Assembly (NCBI GenBank): GCA_000934665.2
Contig: KZ538585.1
Location: forward strand, 48,947 to 68,946
Reading direction: 5' to 3'
Origin: Catajapyx aquilonaris
Lineage: Eukaryota
Length of the DNA: 20,000 bases
The stretch's first letter is position 1; every line of letters starts with the position of its first letter. The position numbers were made by a program, and so were the translations under genes. Of the stretch, positions 11,020 to 19,994 are shown piece by piece. Below the pieces are notes generated by a model. That model ran no database searches. It had not been told where the DNA came from and was given only the letters and a program-made list of their open reading frames with translations.

Positions 11020-11810
11020 TTGCGAAGAGCAGCTAATACATTTTTGATGGCTACTGAAAGTAAATAGCTGGTCCAAAGTAACCGCTTGAAATAAGAAGCT
11101 TCGAGCTCAAAGCAGCTAGTGCGACTACCTCTATAATAACTGCTGAAAGCAGCCGTTTCAAAGTAACTGCTTAAAATGAGCAAGATTTGAGCCAATAAGC
11201 AACTAATATGTTTGATAGCCACTGAAAGTAGCTGTTGCAAATGAACTTCTTCAAGTGAGCAGCTTAACGAAAAGCTAATGCATTTGATAGCTGCTAAAAG
11301 TAGTTGTTCCAAACATTAACTGCTTAAAATGAGCAGGTTTGAGCCAAAACAGCTGATGAAATGTTTGATAGGCGCTTACAAATCAGCGAGTAGATATTGC
11401 ATTTGATAGCTACTAAAAGTAAAGTAGCCAATCCAAAATAACTGACTGAAGCTAGCAGATTTGATCCAAAAGAAGCTTATACATTTGGGGCCGAATTCAG
11501 AGAGGTTGCTTAACGTAAACGCGCCCGATTAAATCCTTTAGTCATCCTCGATTATCAAATTTAACCATCCTGCTAATACAAAGGCGGCGATTAGCGCTAA
11601 ACGCCCCCTAATCGCACTTGCTAGCACTTTTAAATTTGCTAATCGAGGATGACTAAAGGATTTAATCGGGCGCGTTTACGTTAAGCAACCTCTCTGAATT
11701 CGGTCCAGGATAGCCGCTGTAAGTAACTGTTCCAAAAATAACTGCTTAAAATGAACTCCTTAGACATAAAAGGAGATGAAACGGTTGGTAGCTGCTGAAA
11801 GTAGCTGTTC
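11020..11810. repeat. Degenerate array of the dispersed AT-rich repeat (opposite orientation to the 7.4 and 9.0 kb arrays), interrupted by a MITE
   Basis: Recurring GCTAAT..ATTTGATAGCT(A/G)CT(A/G)AAAGTA and AACTGCTTAAAATGA blocks on both sides of 11488-11706. Confidence 0.8.
11488..11706. mobile_element. Young fold-back MITE (219 bp) with 77-bp arms
   Basis: 11488-11564 is the reverse complement of 11630-11706 with 2 mismatches. Inner GCGATTAG...CTAATCGC mini-stem. GGGCC/GGTCC termini. Confidence 0.9.
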
Positions 11811-12206
11811 CTGTGTGCCAGAAATTCAAAAACTACAAACACGACGATCTGTACAGGGTTTCTTGAAAATAATGTTTCGGACAGTGTTCAATGGAGATTT
11901 CCGTCCGATCATTTCTCGTTCTTTACTGACACCGAGCGTACGGATAGTGTGTGTGTCCTCCATTAGAACTTGGTGCAAATGATGATTGAAGGTGAAGTGC
12001 AATATTGTATATATCTGTTGGATAGAAATGAGTGTTTACGTGGAACCTATGACTGAAGGCTATCGAGCGCGTCACATCCGGGGTGAGTGTCCAGCCTAGA
12101 CACATGCGTGCCCTTCCTCGCCGCTAGATGGAATCCGCAACACTTGTACGTAGCGTTGGCTAAAAAAGTCTAGTAGAAGCGTGGGTGCAGGTGTTTTGCA
12201 AAAGGT

Positions 12207-12226
12207 GGGTGGGTGGGTGGGTGGGT
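12207..12226 (+). repeat. (GGGT)5 microsatellite, G-quadruplex-capable
   Basis: GGGTGGGTGGGTGGGTGGGT read directly from the sequence. Confidence 0.85.
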
Positions 12227-12960
12227 GAGAGACACACAATGGAGGGCAGGGGGTTACTAGTGGTGGTGGTGGGGGATATAATAGAGACCCTGGCGTTCCG
12301 GAGGCTAGGTTGCTGCTTTGGCTATTCCTGCACGTGTGTCCCTGAGTTTTGCGCTGCCTCCTACCCTCTCTCTCCCCTCCATACCCTCTCCCTCTCCATC
12401 GGCGGTGGTAGGCACATAGCGGTTCCAGCGTTCACCGGGTTCAAGGCAGGACAGGCCCTGCCCAAGGCCTTACCCCTGCGCCGGAGAAGCAAGGCTCCCT
12501 CCCTCGCTCAACTCCGCCCACACAAACACACTACTACCCTCCATTCCACCATATTTTTTTTTGCACAATACATTACTATCCGCATATTACACAACACACA
12601 TGCTAAGAGAAAATGGGGGGACAGCCGGACAGGTGATGGTGACACTATATTTCCTAGAATCATGGGCGAAGAAAGGGTCGAATATATCCGGCATTGACTT
12701 TTGCGTCTCTGTATATAGGAGACAAATCTGTATTCGTGTCTCCTTCATCTGATGGTTAGTAGCAAAATTGGAAACACGCTGCTAACGAGCCTTTTTAAAC
12801 TAATTCGACCCGCACAGGTTGAGAGCCATGCCATTCTGTGTGGCCTGCTTACGTCAGAGATGGAATTGGCACGCCTGATTATATGCTCGCATGTGATTGG
12901 CTAGTTCGAATCAGTCGTGCCAATATGTTACATAAAATAAGTAAATACGTAGTACAGTAC

Positions 12961-13126
12961 AAAGTATGTAACAGTAGTAAATACATACATGTACGTAAAT
13001 CAATTAATATATTTGCTACTGTTACATGTACTTTATATGTATACTTCATTTACACTTTGTTTATTTACTTGTTTACTTGTAAATTTACAAGTGCATGTGT
13101 AAATAATAAACAGGTAAATAAAGTGT
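12961..13126. repeat. AT-rich low-complexity fold-back region
   Basis: AAAGTATGTAACAGTAGTAAATA (12961-12983) vs TATTTGCTACTGTTACATGTACTTT (13010-13034). A second imperfect palindrome is centred on ACTTGTAAATTTACAAGT. Confidence 0.55.
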
Positions 13127-13716
13127 CGCGCCTAGCTGTGAGGATAAACAGCGTTGCAGGGCGCCCAATTGCAAATACAATACATAAAATATTTGACGAA
13201 AATATTAAGGGACATGTAACGAAAAAATTAGTCATACATGAAAATATTCAGTCATTTGAATATGTAGACTAATGTTCGTGTAATACGATGCAATAATGGG
13301 AGGGGGAGGGTACAACTATCTAAAACAGGGTTATCAATAATTCATATTCAGTTGTAATGTTAGGTTCGCAAAAAAAGGGCCGAAATTTTTGCAAGTTTTA
13401 CGCTTTTTTATATAACTTAGTTTCATCCGTGTTGGCTGACAGTTGCAAATTTTTTTCCAGCATTCGAGCCTTTACAAAGTTGGTGAAAAGGTAGTTCCGC
13501 GAATTCTGTGCGTGTGACGCAGGTTTTCCGTATAGAAAATTACAGCCTTTTTTCAACTCGCTTCGTTTACTCGTCAGTGTTACGATGTACACACGAACGA
13601 ATCATAGGCTACTTAATCTTAACTACAGTGCAATTAGACCTTTGAACGTCCTTATTCTCCTCATGGGCATACGATATAATCAGGATATAACACATCAAAA
13701 TATTAATATAATTATT

Positions 13717-13814
13717 GGGTGGAATTTTTGTCCCACTGCTAGTTACTGCTAACTTAGCAGTACCAGTGTTGGCTAAGTTAGCAGTAACTGGCAGTGGGAC
13801 AAAAAATTTCGCCC
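13717..13814. mobile_element. MITE family B, copy 2 (98 bp, almost fully palindromic)
   Basis: GGGTGGAATTTTTGTCCCACTGCTAGTTACTGCTAACTTAGC ... GCTAAGTTAGCAGTAACTGGCAGTGGGACAAAAAATTTCGCCC. Shares central TACCAGTGTTG with 3548-3660. Confidence 0.85.
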
Positions 13815-14250
13815 AAATTTTTAAAAACAGCTTCTGAAGCAGTATTGCCAAATATCAGTAATGTAAAAACGTACTGCATATGAATGTATGCAATAAAATA
13901 TATTACAGTACAAACATGACATTGCCCTATAAAAGGTGAAGTATTTTGAACCTAGAGTGCAATTACGTAATTAACGACCTCTTTCTATTTATGACTGTCC
14001 CGTGTGGTTTAAAAAGCGCCGTTTAATTTTGCAATCCTCTAACCGCGACCTTTTATATTTTTGGCGGAAATTTCCCAGTCCCCATATTTTTTTTTCCAGC
14101 TTCCCTTTTTTTCTGTCGTCTGGATCGATAGTTCCAATAAGCCAGTGGGCATCGGGGCACGCTAAAAATATTGACCCCCCTCTCCCAGGTTTATTTTTGG
14201 CAACTTGGGACGAGGGCAAGGGACAGAATTAAGGGCAAGGTTCGCTCTCT

Positions 14251-14274
14251 CCCTCCCTCCCTCCCTCCCTCCCT
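14251..14274 (+). repeat. (CCCT)6 microsatellite
   Basis: Direct reading. Equivalent to (AGGG)6 on the minus strand. Confidence 0.8.
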
Positions 14275-14435
14275 CTCTTCGCACAATTGCACTTCTCCCT
14301 CGCGCGCAAATCTAATTACACCATTGTTTCATACACTGCGCGTATTTTTAGCCCCAACTCAATTCTAGGATCTGGAGTTTTAATCGCCATAGAAATGGCT
14401 AGGTGTTTGCAAAAAAAAAAAAATAATTAGCTGCA

Positions 14436-14670
14436 TTTTTAAACGAGCGTAACCGCGCACCCACACTCGCGCAGCTATGCTCCGACAATGTTGCCAGAGT
14501 TTGTAGCCTCAGAAGTTCGCTTGGAAACGTCGCAAACGTCCGCCGTTTTGTTCCCTCCAAACGTAGCGTTGGAAATACATGAAGCGTAGTACACCCACTG
14601 TATATTTATAATGCCAGCCGTGCAAGCTGCGCGAACTGTACTGCGCTGCTGCGTTCGTAAATGTTTTTCA
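14436..14670 (+). mobile_element. Fold-back/MITE-like repeat family A, copy 2
   Basis: Homologous to 770-963 (reverse) and 15421-15760. Shares TAATGCCA.CCGTGCAAGCTGCGCGAACTGT with copy 3. Confidence 0.75.
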
Positions 14671-15420
14671 CAGTGAATCGAGCCTCCAGGTGTGTGTAAC
14701 AGGAGCTGAAATGTTGCGTCAGATTAATTTAAAAAAAAATGTAGGAGTGAAACGTGTGCATTTCCCTATCCCAGCAAGGTCGTAGATTTCACTTTACCTG
14801 GAACCCCCCTCGAGGCATAATAACTACCCGAAAAAGAAAAGAAAAAAAAAGAAGTGGTGCGCGTGGCCTCAGTCATGCTTCAAAGAACTGAAAAACTTTT
14901 CAATGGGATTCCAGCCAGTCTCAATACCGTGAAATGGACCGGATGATGACCATTCTTCTAATTTAATTAATTATCTAGGAAGTGAAAACATTGCACGGTG
15001 TTAAGAGTCCAAAGTGACAATCGCTAACGGATTCGATGGCCTAGCTCTCCTAACTTGTTATCGTAATCTAAGGCAGCTTGATAACAAGGCGGTTGGGAAG
15101 TCAAGGGAGAGCATTTTTCGCATGCAAATCGGGACAGGGTCGTAGCCATGGCTTTTTTTTTTCTACCGAAGGATGTAAAGGGGTAGTGCACCTGCTGGAT
15201 GAGAAGAAGAAGAAAAAAAATGGAGATAACGGTTTGAGAAATAATTGGAGGTTTTTCATAATCCGTACAGCCAATGGCAACCGGGTGTTTCATAAGCAAG
15301 TTCATGCCGGCAGTCGTACACGTTGGTTCCAAAAAAATGTAGAGAAATGTACTGTACCAGCCGGTTAGGAGAAAAACAACCACACGCGAAAACATTTTAA
15401 AATAAAAAATACGTATTTTT

Positions 15421-15760
15421 AGCTAGTGCGCACCCATGCTCGCGCAGCACCGTTGTTTAGACAACAACGTTGCCAGAGTTACTCACCAGGGGCCAATTTG
15501 TAAAAAAAAATATTTAGTGTAAGTTTATTTTCGAAACTAATTTTTTATTGATAAACACAACACAGATTAATATTAAAAACCATCGCACAGACTACCGTAG
15601 CTTCTGAGAGCCTCGGCAACATCGCAAACGTCGTAGCAAGCGTAGTGTTGGAAATAGGTGCAGAACTTGTTTACCACTACACCAAGAATCATTGTTAATG
15701 CCAACCGTGCAAGCTGCGCGAACTGTGGTGCGTACTCGGTTGCGCTCGTACAAATTTACT
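15421..15760 (+). mobile_element. Fold-back/MITE-like repeat family A, copy 3 (longer AT-rich interior)
   Basis: AGTGCGCACCCA..CTCGCGCAGC at the left, GTGCGTACTCGGTTGCGCTCGTA at the right, plus shared internal blocks. Confidence 0.75.
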
Positions 15761-16262
15761 ATTGTAATGAGTTGTCTGTTGCCTCGTGTGTCTATAGGTG
15801 GATTCCTATGTAAAAATCGCGCTCCACCTGTGTCGATATGTGTGACACACCACCCCCTTCTCTGTATAGGAAACCGTGTCTACAGTCAAAGGTGTATGGC
15901 AGCCAGGAAAGGTGGTGGTGGGGTGTTTTGGCTTTTGTGGGTCGTCCGCGTGTAATGGGCGAGGCCACCCCCGGGAATGGATGTGGGTCAGTCGTGTGCC
16001 ACTGCCAGCCCGGATATACGTACGTACACATACACACACATCAGTATGTGTTGTGCTCTTGCCGGTGCGCGAAGTGTGTGTGTGTGAGTGACACATGCAA
16101 AAGACGTTTGCATCGGATTTACCCGGCACCATCATGGCTGCTGGTTTGTCACTTCTCTCTTCCCTTTTGCACCTTTGCCCTAAAAGACGTCCGCAAAAAT
16201 TGTTGTAACGTAATGGGTACGAAATTTGCAGGGACGCCTTTTAGAACTAGGATCCACCGCAT

Positions 16263-16361
16263 GGTGGCTCCATTTTTATGACGGACCGTTAACTGACGGC
16301 AGGTTATCCTAAGGGATGACCTGACGTTAGTTAACGGTTCATTAAAATGGTTGGAGCCACC
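16263..16361. repeat. ~99-bp imperfect hairpin / fold-back element
   Basis: GGTGGCTCCA...GGACCGTTAACTGACGGCAGGTTATCC-TAAG-GGATGACCTGACGTTAGTTAACGGTTC...TGGAGCCACC. Confidence 0.8.
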
Positions 16362-17520
16362 GCGTTTAGGTGTCTGGACTTTCACACTTCACGTAATTAG
16401 CGTAATTAATTGTCACAAAAAATTCAATTAAAAAATAATTCCACTTTGATATTCACAAAGTGTTAACGACTTTTATTGCTCCACAGTTTTAGGAGCTATA
16501 CATACACAAAAAAAGGTCGTAAACATACCATTTTTTGCTGAATCCAACCCGACGACTATTTACGACACTTTTCCAGTAGCGTATTTTTGGATTAATCGCA
16601 AAATCTATGTGTGATGTGCAATCGCATGTTGCACCGAGCATATGATCATACTTGTATTATTCTTGGGACAGAATATTTTTTTGTGTTGATGTTTGCTTTG
16701 GCCACTATACACGTGTTTTTGGGTGACTTGCAATCTCGAGGTGGAGTAATGGTGCAAAAAAAAGTGGTTCTAAAAACGTGTGTACATATAACATGGAGTA
16801 ATAAAAAAAAGAGAGGAGCAGGTGGAATATTTCTGGTGGTCCACCTGCCACATACACGTGCCCCTAAGATCCCAACACACAAAAAATAGCTGTTTATAGT
16901 CGCCGTTTCGTTAGTCGCTATTCCTGGGACGAGTGAGCCAACTAACTGATGATCCGAGCCAAAAAATCAAGGAGAAAAATTATGCTGAAAATGTAACAAA
17001 GGTAACGGTGTTAACGCATCTGGAATTTTTTTATTGTATGTATGTGCACTGTACATGTGCGTATGTGTGTTGCCGTTTCGAAAACGGGTTTTAAAAATTG
17101 CGGTCAAGGGCAGGTGGAAGTTGACGGACTAGTTTCTTCCTTGTTACGGCAACCCTTGTTAAGAAGCCGCGCATACATCTTACGGAGATGGGGACAGATA
17201 TTTGCATATTAGCAGCGTCGGCAGTGGGTGCTAATTTATGTTCTAGAAGGCGCCAATTAGGAGAGTTTAGCATTTAGCAGCTAAGATGACATACAAATTG
17301 CTTTGTAGCTGCTAAATATCTTGGGCACAAAATATTTTAGGGCAGCTAAATTTTCAATAAAATAAAATTGTATTACATTAATACCACAATTTCAATAATG
17401 GAAATGGACTACCATCTACCAATGCAATGCACAGTAAACTTAATTAAATAATAATTGGTTATTGTCTTTATTGAGCTTCGTGATGGACCGTAAGTCCTTT
17501 TAGGAAAAATATATAATATA

Positions 17521-17575
17521 ATAAATAATGAATATATAACCCATAAATAATGTCATATATATATTCATTATTTAT
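17521..17575. repeat. AT-rich 18-bp inverted repeat in low-complexity DNA
   Basis: ATAAATAATGAATATATA (17521-17538) / TATATATTCATTATTTAT (17558-17575). Confidence 0.6.
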
Positions 17576-17911
17576 GTATTATTCGGGAAATAATAAAAGA
17601 TGAATTATATATTATTAGGCCTACGGAAATAATAAATAATGAATAACAATAATGCACAACACAATATAGCCAGTAAAGAATAAATTAAAACAATGTAACA
17701 AATTGGTCGTGTGACGAAAATTTATAAAATAAAGCAGAGCAGCTAAGTTTGGCATCTAATGCAATGATCAGCTTTATATAACTGCCTGTTCGTAGCTGCT
17801 ATTTTTCACCAGTTACATCTGAAGCTGCTATTGCACGTTTTGGGTGTTATTGACTTGGGGCATGGATTACGCGCGTGTCGATTGCCCGAGTGGGTACGTA
17901 TAAGATTATTT

Positions 17912-17960
17912 CTAATATTTTGCTAATGTTTTTCCATATTTTTTTTCCCCCTCCCTGCAG
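17912..17960 (+). other. Branch point(s), polypyrimidine tract and 3' splice acceptor of the Hr4 exon
   Basis: CTAAT at 17912-17916 and 17923-17927, followed by a long T/C tract and CAG at 17958-17960. Confidence 0.85.
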
Positions 17961-17965
17961 GAATA

Positions 17966-18071
17966 ATGACGGTGCAGGTGGTGCTGTGTGAGGCGGGCGG
18001 AGGAAGGATGAGCTTGTTCCAGGACCTCAAGCTGAAAAGGCGGAAGGTGGATTCGCGCTGTAGTAGTGACG
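17966..18071 (+). CDS. Hr4: N-terminal coding exon (partial CDS) of nuclear hormone receptor HR4 (NR6A / GCNF-related); exon spans 17961-18071
   Basis: Translation contains MSLFQDLKLKRRKVDSRCSSDG, which I recognise as the conserved N-terminal motif of insect HR4. Acceptor: polypyrimidine tract ending ttttcccccctccctgcAG (AG 17959-17960). Donor G|GTAAGT at 18072, phase 1, splitting the Gly codon. ORF-track residues after SSDG are intron read-through. Confidence 0.9.
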
Positions 18072-19500
18072 GTAAGTTTTCTTTTGCAGGTACAGTACTA
18101 CTTGACACATATGGCATCATCAGAAATCATTACCAGGCCAATATGTATGTACAATTTTGCACCAATCAGGCGGTGCCACTCAATTTTCGCAACAATCAAT
18201 AGTCGCCGTTGCCATGTCGCGCAGCACTTGATCAGGGCATGCCGATGGGCCTAATAAACTGCTACACTATACTACGTATTTTAATATGAAATTATGCTGC
18301 TTGCTTTGAAAAAGGCTGACAATTTTTTTGCCAAAAATAATTCGCGGCACTGAACGGGAAGCATGGTCCCCCAATAAGGAAACCTTCCTCCTCCAATCAG
18401 ACTTCTCACTAATGGTTTTCTTTAGCTCTTTGATTGGAAGGGCAACAGTATCGTTTTTCCTGGAACCGCCACAATATGTTATTAGCGGAAGTGCGACCTA
18501 TAATACTATACAAGATGAAGAAAGTGATAGACTACTCATAGTTTTGCGACTCATTCGTCAAAAATAAATTGCTGAATTATTTTAGATCAGGTTATGCACT
18601 GCTTCCAGAAAAATTTCCCAGTCGGAGAAGAGCCACAAAAGCTCTTAACAGTATTAATAGTCAACAGCATTGTTGACGACAATGCAATAACGTTGTCTTT
18701 TGCCGGCAGAAGATATTTCCTGGAGAAAGTGTAATGAACAATATGCCTGTAAAAGTCGGACCGGACCCTGCTGGGAATAATAAAATAAAAACTATGTAAT
18801 ATCGCTGTTGCCATTTTAAACAATAATTTTGCACAATTGAATATTTTTATATGAGAATTTAGACAGTACGAAACTGATCCCTACTGTTTTCATCCAATTC
18901 CATTGGTAACAATTAAAAATCGTTCACGTTCTTGGGGCAAGAATTGTGCCATTTTAAATAATTTTTGCCCGCAAATATAACGCTCAGTCAACACAAACAG
19001 TATCAAATTCTCTCTATTGTGTATCTTTCCGCGTGAAAAGCAGCAGTTATTTTTGCAAACAGCAACTGCGATAGCAAATTAATAAAATAGCGCCACAAGA
19101 ATTTTTTTCACATTTTGCACTCGTTGTGCGAATAAAATGACAGCTAATTTTTGCCAATAAATAGCACCAAAACTACCTTTTCAATGCGGTATACTTTCCG
19201 AGCAAATAAACACCAGTCATTTCTCCTGAATATCAGCTACTTATTGAAAATAAGTAGCATCACGAATAGCAGCTAGTTCTTATAATTTAGCGCTTTTCGC
19301 TCAAATAAAAATATCAGCACTAACTAGGAGCTATTTATTAATTTATTCTGCATTTTAGTGCAAATTATTTTTCGCTCCAAAATATCACCCATTTCGCAAT
19401 TCTGCATGTCAGTTAATTTTTTTGCTTGAAAAAATACCCGCAATTTTGTCATATTCCGCAGAGCTCTATTCGTGTGTAACTACAGCCCGAAATAAATAGC

Positions 19501-19576
19501 AATTGAAGGGTCGCCCCGAATAATATCGTGATTATTGTAACCCATATATGTCATTATTCGGGGCGACCCTTCAATT
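19501..19576. mobile_element. Tiny element with perfect 24-bp inverted repeats
   Basis: AATTGAAGGGTCGCCCCGAATAAT (19501-19524) / ATTATTCGGGGCGACCCTTCAATT (19553-19576), 28-bp spacer, embedded in the AT-rich array. Confidence 0.7.
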
Positions 19577-19922
19577 ACTCATTACGAATTAACAGGTACT
19601 ATATTTTTCAGCATGTATTTTTCGCTTCAAAATATCGGCTATTTTCTCCCGAACAGAAACTATTATTGTAACAGCTCCAAATAAATAGCAGCACAAACAG
19701 CAATTTCATAATTATGCAGTCCCAAATTATTTTTTTGCTTGAAAAAATAACTGCAATTTTGTCATGTTTAGCAACTATTCGCGACTCTCTAAAGTCTTAA
19801 ATAGCAGCACGAACAGGTATTTCTCATTCTGCATTTTAGTGCAAAAAAATCTAGAAAAATAGCGGCTATTTTTCTAGCCGCCCCCCCCCCCCAAAAAAAA
19901 AGTGCACTAAAATGCGAAATTT

Positions 19923-19994
19923 AGAAATATCTGTTCGTGCTGCTATTTATTTAGAGAGTTCTCTAAATAAATAGCAGCACGAACAGATATTTCT
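19923..19994. repeat. Near-perfect palindrome, 35-bp arms with a 2-nt centre
   Basis: AGAAATATCTGTTCGTGCTGCTATTTATTTAGAGA-GT-TCTCTAAATAAATAGCAGCACGAACAGATATTTCT. Confidence 0.9.

Noticed and set aside
12081..12090. GG|GTGAGT (also GTGAGT near 1510 and GTAAGT at 10063) as donor of an upstream Hr4 exon
   Set aside because: Cannot be paired with a supported exon or TSS from sequence alone.
11852..12150. TA|CAGGGTTTC as the left end of another mariner-like MITE
   Set aside because: No convincing matching right terminus was found.
12185..12697. Longest ORF in the track (170 aa)
   Set aside because: Non-ATG start, runs through (GGGT)n and CT-rich low-complexity sequence, no recognisable domain.
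18072..18202. C-terminal part of the 78-aa ORF 17966-18202
   Set aside because: Similarity to HR4 stops at the GTAAGT donor, so the remainder is intron read-through.
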